A stretch of 63,986 bases of DNA, filler included, from Diploschistes diacapsis (taxonomy: Eukaryota), in the NCBI GenBank assembly GCA_023645945.1. It is 6 parts of 6 records of this genome, joined end to end, with 100 filler letters (N's around TTAATTAATTAA, not from the genome) between each part and the next. Parts side by side here need not be neighbours in the genome. Positions count along the whole stretch, not along the records: positions 1 to 29,526 come from JALAIB010000133.1; 5 more parts are not named here. One strand, 5' to 3'. Made by a program: the position numbers and the translations under genes. Below the pieces are notes generated by a model that was not told the DNA's origin, did not search any database, and saw only the letters and a program-made list of their open reading frames with translations. Positions 9,677-21,640 of the stretch are shown here, one piece after another. Each line of letters opens with the position of its first letter. The first letter of the stretch is position 1.

Positions 9677-11787
9677 TTATACAGCCATTCCTACTTCCGG
9701 CCCAAAGTCTCGAGCCTTCTTTCTCAGTTCTTCCTCTTCATTGGCATCCAGAAACCGATGAACTTCGCGGTGGTCTCTCACTCGCTCGGCGTCGCCTTTC
9801 AGCTGCTCCGTCTTTGGCCACTGGTAGCCGTACAGCTTGCTGTGCCTCTCGCATCTCGGACACTCACGCCGGGTATAGTACGCGTTTTGCTGCACCCACA
9901 CCCTCGAGCACGTCTTGCACTGCACCCACTTCGACTCGGGCTCGGCAAGCAGCAGGTTCGTGTTCACATAGTCGTTTGGATAGCGTACCTTTGGAATCTC
10001 GGGCTCAACCGGAATCGGCGTAGCAGGTGCCAGCTTCTTCCTTTTACCGCGACGTGGCTTAACCTTGCGGATGATGCAATGGTTGGTGTCGTCAAACTCC
10101 TCGTCAGATGGAAGATCTGATAGCTCACTCCCACTTTCGTCTCGAGGATCCCCTTCGATGGCTGAGCTTTCTAGCACCTGTGGTGCCTCGAAAGACTCTT
10201 CTTTGACCTTGACCTCGCAGAAATCTGCGATGATCGCATGCGGCGGCGATGATTGCGCGGGAGTATCCGTGTCCTCCATCTTGATATGTTTGATGTTCGC
10301 CGGTCCATCAGTGTGAATGCTGCTTGGGGTACCAGTCGGTATAAGATCAACCTCGTCGGCTTCGAAGACCGACTCAACATCAGTCAGGTCCGCCGATGGT
10401 TGGGATGACCGTGTCGTCTTGGTCGGCGTCTTGGGCAAATCGTATAAATTGAAAGGGTCTCGTGCATCCCCAGTATCCGGCTCTGCTCCAACGGAACGGT
10501 CTTCAATTGCAGCCTGGACATATTCGCTCGCGCCTTGCCCCAGAAAAGAGATCGCTATGTGATTAGCCCTGTCGGAGGACTTCTTCATCTCAGCTTTGAG
10601 CTCAGACTCTGAAACAGCAACAATAGGAAGGGGGCTCGACGCTGAGGCCGGTGCGGCACCAATTGTGCCAACACCTTCAGTATTGATCTCTGGAGAGAAT
10701 CGTGACAGTGCTGAGCGCCGCATTGCCTTGGAGTAGGCTCGCCCTGAAACTTCACGCACCGGACTGGGAGAGCTGGGTCCTAAATGTTCAGCAGTGCTCG
10801 AACGCCTCCGTTTCATGGGACGACACTTCTCGGGATCCGGACTTGCCGTCGCGCTTGCGCTGCTAGACAGAGCGCCATATTTACGCTTCCGGCGAAACCC
10901 GTAAGGCCCAGCATAATCCTCGGTTGTAGATAACGGGGTCTGCTCTTTGGCGGTTGAACTTGACGATACGGTCCATGCTCCTTTTCCGTTGATCTCACAT
11001 GTCCTGCAGAGGCATTCACAGTTACTGGTTCCAAAATAGTCCTCGCCATATGTGACGGTGATTTCTTCATCCTGAGAGATGTTCTTGACCGCTACAATTT
11101 GCATCCCATCGGAGCCAACTGTGGTGAGGCGGGAGTTTGCATTGCAGTCGTGGTTCGCAAATCTGGCAGGTCCTAGAAAGAGCGATGGAGTCTTCTTACG
11201 GCTGGACATAACAATACTGAAGTCCCTTCTGGTAAGATCGAGATCCTTTTCCTCATCTTCTGTCATAGCGACCAGATTACCACACAGATATCTGATAGTC
11301 TCGCCCTTCTTGATGTCCCTCCGTGCATGCACAGCAGCCTCCTGCGTGACGATGGTATACCTGTTCGTAGTCGCCACCTCGAACGGACAATCGGGCAGCC
11401 ACAGGTTGATGTATTTGCGAAGGTGCTTCTTGAAATCGTCTCTCTCCCGGGTGGTCTTCAATCGCTCCATAAATTTCTTGAGCCCGTTAATCCTGAGCAG
11501 TTTGTGCTCAGCAGTAGCCGTGTCCTTGTTGGACACAACTTCATCGGACAAGATCTTGGAGATGCCATCCTCAGTGAAACCACGCCCGGAATTGTACTTG
11601 GCGCGATTCTTGCGAATTTTTGACCAGAAGAAGACCTTGAGTCCCAATGTCAGCCTAGGGTAGACATTGAAGAGCAGCTGAAGCCGTATACCTGATCGAC
11701 AAGAGCGTCTGTACAGATGTCATCGTAGCTTGCTAGTTGAGCCAGGGTCAGCCGCCGCTTCTTGGGCTCGACGTTCTTCAAAGGCAT
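9677..11787 (-). CDS. SET9: Histone H4K20 methyltransferase Set9
   Basis: Exon 1 11787-11692 (LTLAQLASYDDICTDALVDQ) and exon 2 11635-9677. SET domain ...RRDFSIVMSSRKKTPSLFLGPARFANHDCNAN...EEITVTYGEDYFG..CECLCRTC. Confidence 0.93.
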
Positions 11788-12439
11788 TGAGTCTGATGTA
11801 TGGTAGTAAGTTGTTCCAGGTAGAGAAGCGATACTAAATGGTCATATTTGCATTGCTTCAAGTGCGCAATATTGTCAAATATGAAGTTGATGTAGAAGGT
11901 TGACGCGGTGAATGACCCTTAGAAAACGCGAGCGCAAACAACTTGTTGGCGCGATAAATACCCGACATTGGCGACACTGTTAAACAAAACTCCAAACACA
12001 GCTGCGAAATGAACGTGAATGCATCAGAACAAAAAAGAGAATAACGATGAGGTTCACGACGAGTTACAAGGAGAACAACGGAGTCCGCCAGCCCAGCCGC
12101 AATTCGGAGACTGAAGTTTATCCGGCCGCTCCGTACGTTTTTCCAGAATTACCAAAATAACTCAGCTATGATAGGCTGCGTTAAGCAAATGTAGCATCGA
12201 TTTTTACAGCTGAGATTAGTCATTCATTCTTCTACAAGGCTTAGCGCCCCCCGACACTTCCAGATCAACTTTTCGTCCACACCTCACTTTTTGTCCCTTT
12301 CCGAACACAAGCTTACCTCCGCAATAACACCGTCTTCAAGTCCGAAGGAGTCGCCAATCTCCGTGTTGCTGTGCTATCCATTTATACAGCTCTGGAGAGC
12401 TCATTCTCAAGCGCTTTTCGAGAGTTTGGAGAATTTTCA

Positions 12440-14722
12440 ATGGCTTCGAGTATTGGCAGACCGGACGCAACAACCCCGACAAAACCCCCGAATGAGAATG
12501 GTATTACGAAACGAAGAAACCGAATCCCCCTATCATGTGGAATATGTCGGTTGAGAAAGTATGTGATCACAAGATATCGTGTTTTTGAATATATGGCTAA
12601 TTATAATACAGACTGAAGTGCGACCGACAGAAGCCATGTCAGAATTGTAAAGCACGCGACATACAGGCTCAGTGCGCCTACGCCGCGGACGAGGGTGTCA
12701 AAGCGAGCAAAGCCTCTCCACTGATACCCAACTCGAGTGAGGTGGATGATCGTCTTCAGAGACTGGAAGCTATGGTAAGCTCTATGGTGAGAACTTCTTC
12801 CGGTTCTGGTTCAAACGGCGGTCAATCGGCCACCCAAGCGGCCCTTGCAGCCAATGAAGCAACAAACGGTTACCCGGCTGTTGAAAGTGCGCTTCAACCT
12901 TCTACCCCATACGGCGCCTTGATCCCAACAACCGACGGTCACCACTTCATTGGCGAATCCCATTGGGAGGCAGTTCTCCGAGACGTATGTTCAGAAGTCC
13001 GTACTGGCCAGATTCCACTGGTCAGCCCGATTGACACATGTAGATTACTTCCATACGAGAGTCCATCGAGGAAAGCAAGATCCATGCTCGAGCTCCTCCA
13101 ACGAGTGAACAGGATACGCCTGCTCTGTTCGGTGGAATGTCAAGATCTGTAAGCAAGGTGGACATGCTAACCTCATTACCCACCAAAAATCTTGCCGACC
13201 GCCTCTTGCTACGCTTTTGGGATACTTGGAATCCTTCAACTCCACGCAAGTATCACCAACTTTGTATCTTTGGGTCACAACTCATTAGAAGCCAGGCATC
13301 ATTCACAAGCCAACCTTCAACAAGCACTTCGATGAATGGTGGATCAACCAGGCCGAACTCTCGTTTGCGAAGCTTGGAATATTGTTTACCGTTTTCACCA
13401 TGGCTCTGCATACGTATCACTTAGCTGGCGACGAGCCTCCTGATCTCCGAGGTCATGTCCCAGAGCTAATGAACGACTACTCGCAGCGAGCTGCACAATG
13501 TATTTGGGCCTCGAATCTCACTTCGCCGGACCAGGACTCGCTCGTCTGCTTTCACTTATACTGGGTCAGTGAGTTCTTTCATCGTAGCACCGCCAGCGTT
13601 GGAATGTGGATGATGCAAAGTCTTCTGATACGGAAGGCAATTCTTATGGGGTACCATCGGGATCCGAAATGTTTCCCCCAGATCAAGCCCCTGGATGCTG
13701 AGCTGCGGCGCCGAACATGGCATGCCATTTGCCAATCCGATTTACTCCTCTCTTTTCATCTCGGACTACCAAGCATGATCGATTACGGGGAAACAGACGT
13801 CGCATCCCCAAGGTCGCTCCACGAAGAAGAGCTCTACGAACAGATGGACTGCCTGCCTCCCGAGAGACCCATGACTGAGCCCACCCCTGTTTCTTACACA
13901 ATTGCGAAGCAAAAAGTGTTTCAGGTTTTCGGCAAGGTCGTTCGGCACGTCAATCAGATGCATGTACCTTCAGACGAGCAGGTCGACCAGCTTAACAGGG
14001 AACTCATAGAGACCTATGCCAACACATATCCGCATCTACGGAAAAAGCCGTGGGAAGATGGGTTGCAGGACTCACCAGAGATCAGGCTACAGAGGATATC
14101 CATGCAAGGCTTCTACAACAAAGCCATTTGTGTCTTGAATCGCAGATTCATCACTACGAGAGGCACGACGGAGTTTGCGCTCCAGTGTCGGGCTCTTTGC
14201 ACAGAGAATGCCTTGGAATTACTTGAGACACAAGAGGCCATGCAAACGGCAGGCTACAGGTGGGATCAGTTGCTATACATGAGGAACGACTTCCTACTTG
14301 CCACCGTCATCATCTGCTTGGCGCTCTACACTTCGAAAAGGCCCGAGCACCATGTCCAAGGTCCCTGGGACCCTATGCCACTTACCGAAGAGTCCAGGCT
14401 GAAACAGATTTTGGATCGTGCGCGCCAGATCTGGATCGTGTACACGGATAAGCTGCCCGATGCACGTCGTGCATGCCTGATTGTCGATACAATGGTGCAG
14501 AAGATGGAGACAGGGAATCAGTCCAGCACCGCATCTACCATCGACTCCAGTCTTCTTGGCAATCACTCAACGACATCGCCACTCCCGTCCACAACTCCAG
14601 ACTCTATGCAGGAATTGAATTTTGACTGGTCGTCGTGGGACACGATTATCCAGGGTGCAAATCAAGACATGTCAATAATGAATTTTGAGAACATGTGGCA
14701 ATTTGATGGCTTGAAAATGTGA
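12440..14722 (+). CDS. Zn(II)2Cys6 transcription factor with fungal-specific TF domain
   Basis: Exons ~12440-12558, 12613-12984, 13044-13245 and 13296-14722. Zinc cluster KRRNRIPLSCGICRLRK|LKCDRQKPCQNC...C, then the middle homology region MGYHRDP...ELRRRTW...D...SFHLGLP. Confidence 0.9.
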
Positions 14723-14803
14723 TGCTCTCAAGCCACAATCAAGATTAGTATTCTGCCTTGAGTACAGTTGCATGATACTAGAACAAGCCTGGCTCTTAGA
14801 ACC

Positions 14804-15715
14804 TTACAACGCACCAAAACCCATTTGCTGGAAGATAGGGTCAAAAGCTTTTCTGAAAGCTCCCCCGCCTATCTCGGAGAATCCCACCAACACTTCCTTT
14901 CTCGGCTTGCCATCGATCCGTTCATCCAGGCGGTCAATCGCCGCATCCATATATTCGTCTAACGGCATCGGAGGATGTCCCTTATCCTCTGTTATTTTCC
15001 GGATCATTTCCCGATGGTTCGCATCAAGCCCAGTGTCAACATAGGGAGGTGCAAGCTCAATGACATTGATCGGCATCTCCGCCAATTGACCGCGAAGACT
15101 CATAGCGAAGTAATGGATACCGGCCTTGGTCGCGTTGTACACGGCGAATAACGGGATCGGAATGAACGCGAGGCCCGAAGACACCAGAACGATGTTAGTC
15201 GGCGTCTCTATATGGGCGAAATGCGGAACAAGACTCTGAGCGAGCACGCAGGGCGCAGTCAAATTGGTCGAGATCTCAGTGCTGATCTTCTGAGCATGCG
15301 TGGAGCTGGGATCCCTGAACAACGGCACGCTCTGGATGCCAGACATGATGATGACGGTGTCGATGCCGCTGTGCTCGGCCAGGATCTGCCGGACCACGGT
15401 CTCGGTGCGGGCAAAGTCGTTGATGTCGAACTGAGCAATTTTTGTAAAATAGACAATAACATACATAGAAAGCAAGAGAGGGCTTTGTGCACGATTGATG
15501 GGAAAGCGGTGAAGCTCTCGTGTGCTTACCTGGTACGTAACCAACCCAGGGAGCTCGCCCTTCAGCTTCTCCAGATTCTCCGCCCGCCGGCCCGTAGCGA
15601 TGACCTTGCGCCCCTGAGCATGGTAGCGGCGCACAAACGCCTCGCCGAGACCGGAGGTTCCACCGATCACGAGGACGTGCTTAAAGGGCGGTGTCGGTGC
15701 CGTTGCCGTTGCCAT
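14804..15715 (-). CDS. Short-chain dehydrogenase/reductase (DltE-like)
   Basis: ATG at 15715 and one 99-nt intron at 15529-15431. GGTSGLG Rossmann motif, VSSGLAF, and the catalytic YNATK. Confidence 0.9.
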   Translation of the reverse strand: MATATAPTPPFKHVLVIGGTSGLGEAFVRRYHAQGRKVIATGRRAENLEKLKGELPGLVTYQVSTRELHRFPINRAQSPLLLSMYVIVYFTKIAQFDINDFARTETVVRQILAEHSGIDTVIIMSGIQSVPLFRDPSSTHAQKISTEISTNLTAPCVLAQSLVPHFAHIETPTNIVLVSSGLAFIPIPLFAVYNATKAGIHYFAMSLRGQLAEMPINVIELAPPYVDTGLDANHREMIRKITEDKGHPPMPLDEYMDAAIDRLDERIDGKPRKEVLVGFSEIGGGAFRKAFDPIFQQMGFGAL

Positions 15716-16464
15716 TGCGAACGTTATCGGAGATCTGGAGATGTCGACGTTGCTCGCGTAGTGGTGCGTAGGGATAGGAGTTACGCAGGTGAGGGCTCCC
15801 GAGATGGAAGTGTGGTGCCGTCTAGTTCGAGTCTTTGGATCCCGCACGAGCTTTCATACTCGAGGCTTTTTTTTCTAAAACGGGCGGATCCCCCCTCGCT
15901 CTTTATATACATACCAGCCAGGAATGTGCATATGCTCTCCGGTCCCGTCCCGTCCCCCAAATACATCATCACACTTCCTGCCCCTCGGGATCAAACCCAG
16001 GCCCCTCGATCCAACCCAACCGATGGACTACAGGCATCGCGGAACCTGCCTCGTGCTCAATTTCTAGGCTCCAGGGGTTTAAAATCCGTCAGCCGCTGCT
16101 TTCGGCGTAGAGAGACGTGAAGGAGATAAGGAGAGTTAAAGCGCAACTCCGTGGGTCTTGTATACCCCCCGTACAAGCGCAAGCGCATGCGCGTAAATAC
16201 GCCGAGATTAAAAGATTATCCCTGGAGATTGCGGGTACAGGGTGGAGGAGGGAGAATGAAAAGAAGATTCGTCCCCAAGACAGAGGCAAAGCGAAAACAA
16301 AGCGCTTTTGCGCGAGAGGCGTTCTCTTTTTTCGTTCAACTAGATTCCCCGAAAAAGCAGATGTTCGGTTATTGTAAGCTGAAGCGCGGGACTGTCTGGA
16401 GATGGAGATACGGGTACACAGGCAAAGTAGCAAATGCTCTCCTCGCACAATCTTCCCCAGTATC

Positions 16465-18013
16465 CTACAGCCACACACCTTTCTCCGCCGTCGTCAGATT
16501 CTCAAACCCGTCCTCCGTAACAAGAATATCGTCCTCGATCCTCACCCCGCCCACAGCCCAATATCTCTCCAACACCGCCTTGTCAATAAACCTCCCCATG
16601 CCCTCCCCGTCCTCCAAGTAAGGCCGCAGGATGAACTCGCAAAAGTAAATCCCCGGCTCCACCGTGATCACCGCTCCGGCCGGCACCTTCCCGCGGACGC
16701 GGAGATAGCGGAACATGGGGTCCTCATCCTCATAGTCAGCGTGGCCGCCGGTGTCGTGCGTGTCGAGACCGAGGTAGTGGCCGAGACCGTGCGGGAAGAA
16801 AGCGACGGATGTACGTGCATCGAAGATCTCCGACTCGCTGCCGCCGTGGAGGATGCCGAGCTTCAGGAGGCCGCGGATCGCGATGCGGTGCGTTTCGGCG
16901 TGCACGCTGTCCCAAGTCATGTTCGCTTTGCACATGGCGAAGGCGCCGGATTGCATCTTCTCGACGAGTTCGTAGATTGCTTTGCTCTCGGGGGTGAAGG
17001 TGCCTGTTAGGGGGAGTGTACGGGTCACGTCCGAGGCGTAGCAAAGTTCTTCGGCGCCTGCGTCAATGAGGATGTTCTGTCTGCCTTCGATGGGCTGATC
17101 GTTGTGGACGTAGTGCAGTGTCGCTGCGTTCGTGCCGGAGGCGAAGATGCCGGAGTATGCTTGGTGTTGGCAATTGAGGGCGATGCAGTGAGATGTGAAG
17201 ATTGCTTGGAAGTCGCGCTCGCTCTTGGGCCTGGGGCTCTGTCGAATAAGGTCCGTGCACGCTTTGTGGGCGATGGCAGAGACCTTATTTGCTTTTCGGA
17301 TAAGAGCGACCTCGTACTCATCTTTGGTTACGCGGCATTCGTCGATGGCGGGCTTGAGGTTTTCTAGATCCACGGTCGAATAGGATAGAAAGGTAATATC
17401 TTGAGATACATATTCAGGTATTGCGTAGGCAATCTCCTTGGGCAAATTGGCCGATGTCAAAAATGATGGGGCTTCGGAGGTAGTCAAGCACCTATCAATG
17501 TCGTACTGGGCTAATGCGTCTTCCGGCATAAGAGGGAGGCCAGACCAAATTACTGAGGATGGGTCAAGAGGAGGGATGAAAAGAGTGAGTTTATCTTGCG
17601 AGATATTATATGCCAGAGCACAATCTGGCAGGGCAACGCCCGTGAGATAGAAAAAGTGTCGTCGTTGGCTGAAAGCGGCATGTCAGTTTCGGATAGGAAA
17701 ATATAGGGGCAATTCTCCGCGGTCTTTGCCTCTGGTAACAGCTATGTCGCTTAAGTCTTTCGCAACAGACACGATGTGAAGCTGCAAGGTTGTATGGACA
17801 ACAGCATTTCGCACATAGATCTTCTGAATGAAGAAAAATTAAAACCGCTCACCGAAAGAGCACTTCCTGGTCGCTATCTTCATGCATTCTACTCTTGCCA
17901 CCCTCAAAGTACATCACGCCATCGCCAGACAGCCCTTTGCTTTTCAAATACGACGCCACCTTCCGTATATGAGCTTTTGCAGGATATTTAGTTTTCAGGA
18001 TTGGTTGATCCAT
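16465..18013 (-). CDS. pepP: Xaa-Pro aminopeptidase/prolidase (M24B)
   Basis: Exon 1 from 18013 (MDQPILKTKYPAKAH...FR), intron ~17851-17669, then QRRHFFYLTG. Metal-ligand motifs LIDAGAE..YASDVTRT, HGLGHYLGLDTHD, TVEPGIYF, GGVRIEDD. Confidence 0.92.
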
Positions 18014-18940
18014 GTTTGAGCACCAGGTCGGACAGAACCTCACGTGATTTTCTAGGCCAACGACAGATACTTGTTAATATTCTGCACAAGAGCAGAACCG
18101 ATCCCCGAACTTTTCTGCAATGTCAATAGAAGAGAGTCGACTATTAGATCACTGACAAGCAACATGAAGTTGCCCACAGAGGAAAAAGAGCACTGAAGGT
18201 GGGGCACATGCTGCTGGAACAAAAGTTGCTTACCAAGTGGCAGAGGCACCACAACCCGGTTGAATGAAAAAGATGGCATTCGATGATGCAGTAAATAACA
18301 ACCCAAGATTCTAAAAGCAAGAATTCCAGAAACAGTGGCCATGGTCGAATCAAGCGCCCCGGCTTGGTCCTATTGCAAATAATAGTACACACGGCGACAT
18401 TGCCAATGAAGCCGCTTCGGTTTCCGACTTCGACTATATGGTTACAATCCTCAGATCCTCCACTGACGATTACTCAAAGCTCAGGCCGTAATGAGAACGA
18501 CCTTCTGAGCTTGAACATTCGCCGCAGTCGCAGCCTCTACCTACCGTTGAAAGAACAAAGCAGGCTGTCTTTATTTAAGAGAGATTAATCAGCCAATGCC
18601 GCACTAGGCTCGCGATCTTCTATGATCAGGCCAACGGCGCCATAGCGGCAGATTGTGCTTATAATAGCTTGAGATCAGTCGAATAGATCTGCCACACCGA
18701 CCGAGGCTCGTTCCTCCCCTTAGATCCGGACCCTCATGATGAGAGATGCTGTTAATAAAGGTGCGTAGCAGGAGCTCCATGAGTACCCACATAACGCCTG
18801 GAATGCTTGAGACAAGTGATATTGATAACTGCGAAGCCAAAGGGAGGCGAAACGTATCCGTCGAGCTAGGATTGTAAGGCGGCAGCCTTGTATTGTTATT
18901 GTACGCGAATGTGTTGCAGAAAATCACGATCGTCGCTGTA

Positions 18941-19990
18941 TCATATTATGCCGGTCGCTTGCATCTGCTGGAATGCAACCTTTCTCGCCGGATTCCATAA
19001 CCTGTTCCGCCCATCAAGATAGACGTACCCAGCTCCTATAGCCATGCCAGCAAGATGGGCAGCATGAGCAAATCTGATACTCCTAATGCCAACGAAGAGT
19101 CCGTACGCCTCAAAAGCCGCAAAGGCAGCCAAGAGCTCTTGTGCGGGTAAAGATAGGAAAGGGAGGAAGATGATGCCGATCTTGGCCTGCGGATACTCCA
19201 TGGCGAAAGCTCCTACCAGAGCCAAGATGGCGCCGCTTGCGCCTAGGCCCGGCGTGAGCCGAAGGTGACGAGCAGGCCAACCCGCGGTCACGTGGTAAGC
19301 CAGAGCGGCAAAGACACCAGAGGAGAGGTAGAACGCGCCCAGATGAGCTCCGCTTCCTTGGAAAGACTTGCTTGCCGCAACAGGGAATGCGAAATTGTAC
19401 AGGCCGTACATGTTCAGCCCAAGGTGCAGCAGGCTGGCATGTCCAAATGTGCTAGTAAGTAAGGTGTAATTTCTGGATACTGCGGGAACGTGCATCAGGC
19501 TGAGTGCAAATCGAGGGAAGAGCTGGCTCAGCCCGTAGAGGCTCGTGTTAAGAGCAATAGCACCGTACATCAGCTTTTCTGGCCCCAGGAATTGATTCCA
19601 CAGAGCTGGCAGGGTACTCGGATGTCGAAAGTCTTCGAGCGTGATAGGATCTCGCGCCTGCCGCGAGAAAACGTCCCGGATCATACTGGTAGACTTGCCC
19701 GCTTGTACATCCTCCCAAGTGATTGGTGCCTCGACAAAGGAGCGTCTGCGCCTTGTTTTCAATTTTCGAACGTCATTGTAAACGTCGTAGGCAGCGAAGC
19801 CAAGATAGAAGGTGCCAGCTACAGCGAAGGTCCAGAGGGTTGGCCTCAGGTATCTAATTCTCGGTTTGTAATCGATCATAGGGTTACCTGCGGTGTCGTC
19901 GTAGGTTGGCGTCTCGTGTGCATAGAAACGCCTCGAGTGACGAGTAAAGTATTGGAGGCGGTTCCGGCATCTTATAGTAACGCGAATCAT
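18941..19990 (-). CDS. Rhomboid-family intramembrane serine protease (mitochondrial PCP1/PARL-like)
   Basis: HASLLHLGLNM, catalytic GASG and HAAHLAG motifs. The Arg-rich N-terminus resembles a mitochondrial presequence. Confidence 0.87.
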   Translation of the reverse strand: MIRVTIRCRNRLQYFTRHSRRFYAHETPTYDDTAGNPMIDYKPRIRYLRPTLWTFAVAGTFYLGFAAYDVYNDVRKLKTRRRRSFVEAPITWEDVQAGKSTSMIRDVFSRQARDPITLEDFRHPSTLPALWNQFLGPEKLMYGAIALNTSLYGLSQLFPRFALSLMHVPAVSRNYTLLTSTFGHASLLHLGLNMYGLYNFAFPVAASKSFQGSGAHLGAFYLSSGVFAALAYHVTAGWPARHLRLTPGLGASGAILALVGAFAMEYPQAKIGIIFLPFLSLPAQELLAAFAAFEAYGLFVGIRSIRFAHAAHLAGMAIGAGYVYLDGRNRLWNPARKVAFQQMQATGII

Positions 19991-20529
19991 CTTGCTGGTT
20001 TGTAGATTATTGTGCCAGCGGGAAACCAGATCTATGCAAGGGTCGACGAAGCTATGCAGCTTCTTTATGACGATTCAGTTGTTCGCTTGGCTCACGATAT
20101 TAGGCACACAGTAAGGACTAATCCATCGCACCCATACATAGTGATGTCGAGAGAACGAGACAATCAGAAACAGGAAACTTTCAGTCGAGATCTCGAGGCA
20201 GATTTTGAGATTGAAGATTGATAGAATGACTAAGCATATAAAGAGCCACCAAGAGCGCCAATTCCAATCAGGCCTAGTTTCTTGAAGCTCTCGATGTTGA
20301 AGCCCCCGAGTGGCTGGTTCTCCTGAGCTGCCGCAGCGGCGCAAAAATCAAGTGGCTGGTCGTCGGTCGTCCGCCAAAGCACTTCGCCATCTCTTCAAAG
20401 CCTTGCTGTTGCGACCTCCTCTCTTCACGCTCACTGAACCAGTCACTATCGTCCCGTCAATCGTTCTCTCCCTCGTTTAATCCAATTGTTCTTTAGCAAG
20501 TCGCCAAAACAATCTCTAAACCTACACTC

Positions 20530-21445
20530 ATGTCGGAACCGGTAGTTCGCATCGGAGGCGAGGCTCCCGAGGACGTCGATATGGGCGGCGACAGCAACGA
20601 GGTCGACGAAGCAATCGAGGCGCTAGAAGGCGCAGACGGCGGTGATGGCGCGGACGAGACGCTCGCAGAGAACGCCATTGCGAAGCCCACATTCGTCGAG
20701 TGAGTTCACGTTGCGCGAAACCCCATTGAGCCCCCCGAGCACGGAACTAAGCCTATTTCTGCCCCGCCCCCTTAGCTACTTACGCTCCCCCATAATCGAG
20801 CTCTCCATTGGCGCCGGCGACGACATGACCACGCTTTTCGCACATCAGGCCTTGCTCGCGCGATCCCCCTTCCTCGTCGACGCGCTCGCCGCCTTCGACC
20901 CGGACGTGCCGGCGGTGCGGCGCATCGAGTTCGAGAGCGAGGACGTCCAGACGATGGGCTCCTTCCTCGAGTATCTCTACACGGGGGAGTACTTCCCGAA
21001 GAAGACAGGCGACGGGCTGGAGGGCGCAGCCGAGTCGATGGCGGCGGCGGCGGCGGAGGACGACGGCGAGCGGCTGCTGCAGCACGCGCGCGTGTACACG
21101 CTGGCGGAGAAGCTCGGGGTGGGCGAGCTCAAGGCGCTAGCGCACAGCAAGGTGCATCGCATCAACAGCTCAGCCAAGGGCGAGATTGCGTACGCGCGCT
21201 TCGTGTATGCGAATACGCCGCGCGACGACAACACGATTCGCAAGCCCATTGCCAGCTTCTGGGGCCAGAGGAGCCATGTGCTGCGGCACGAGGCCGAGGA
21301 GGACTTCAAGCAGCTGTGCTTGGATTACCCGGACTTCGGCTTCGACGTGCTGAGCTATGTGCTCGATGCGAGGGAGAGGCGGGGCGGCAGGGAGAGGGAG
21401 GAGGAGGTGACAAAGAGTGGGCGCAAGAGGGCGAGGATGGCTTAG
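20530..21445 (+). CDS. BTB/POZ-domain protein
   Basis: Exons 20530-20699 and 20776-21445. YLRSPIIELSIG...AHQALLARSPFL...FLEYLYTGEYFP...HARVYTLAEKLG...LKALA. Confidence 0.85.
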
Positions 21446-21640
21446 GATTTGTTTGGTTTTTATCTAATTCCGTTTTGTATGCAAAGCTTTCTCTGGGCCT
21501 TGTTTGGGAGAGCTTGGGATGCTTGGGCCGCGTCGATGACTCATGAAGCCCTTCGCTCCGCTTTGCTTCCATCTATGGTACATTACTCAAAAGCTAGTAT
21601 TGGCTTCACCCTCACATATCCGAGGCTATGTACAACAGAT

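Noticed and set aside
15212..16120. 302-aa + strand ORF, and other long antisense ORFs over GC-rich genes (e.g. 16402-17010, 54051-54575, 63413-63940)
   Set aside because: These are shadows of codon-biased genes on the opposite strand and have no protein motifs.
17669..17851. Long pepP intron as a possible snoRNA host
   Set aside because: Only weak hairpins; no convincing C/D or H/ACA box arrangement.
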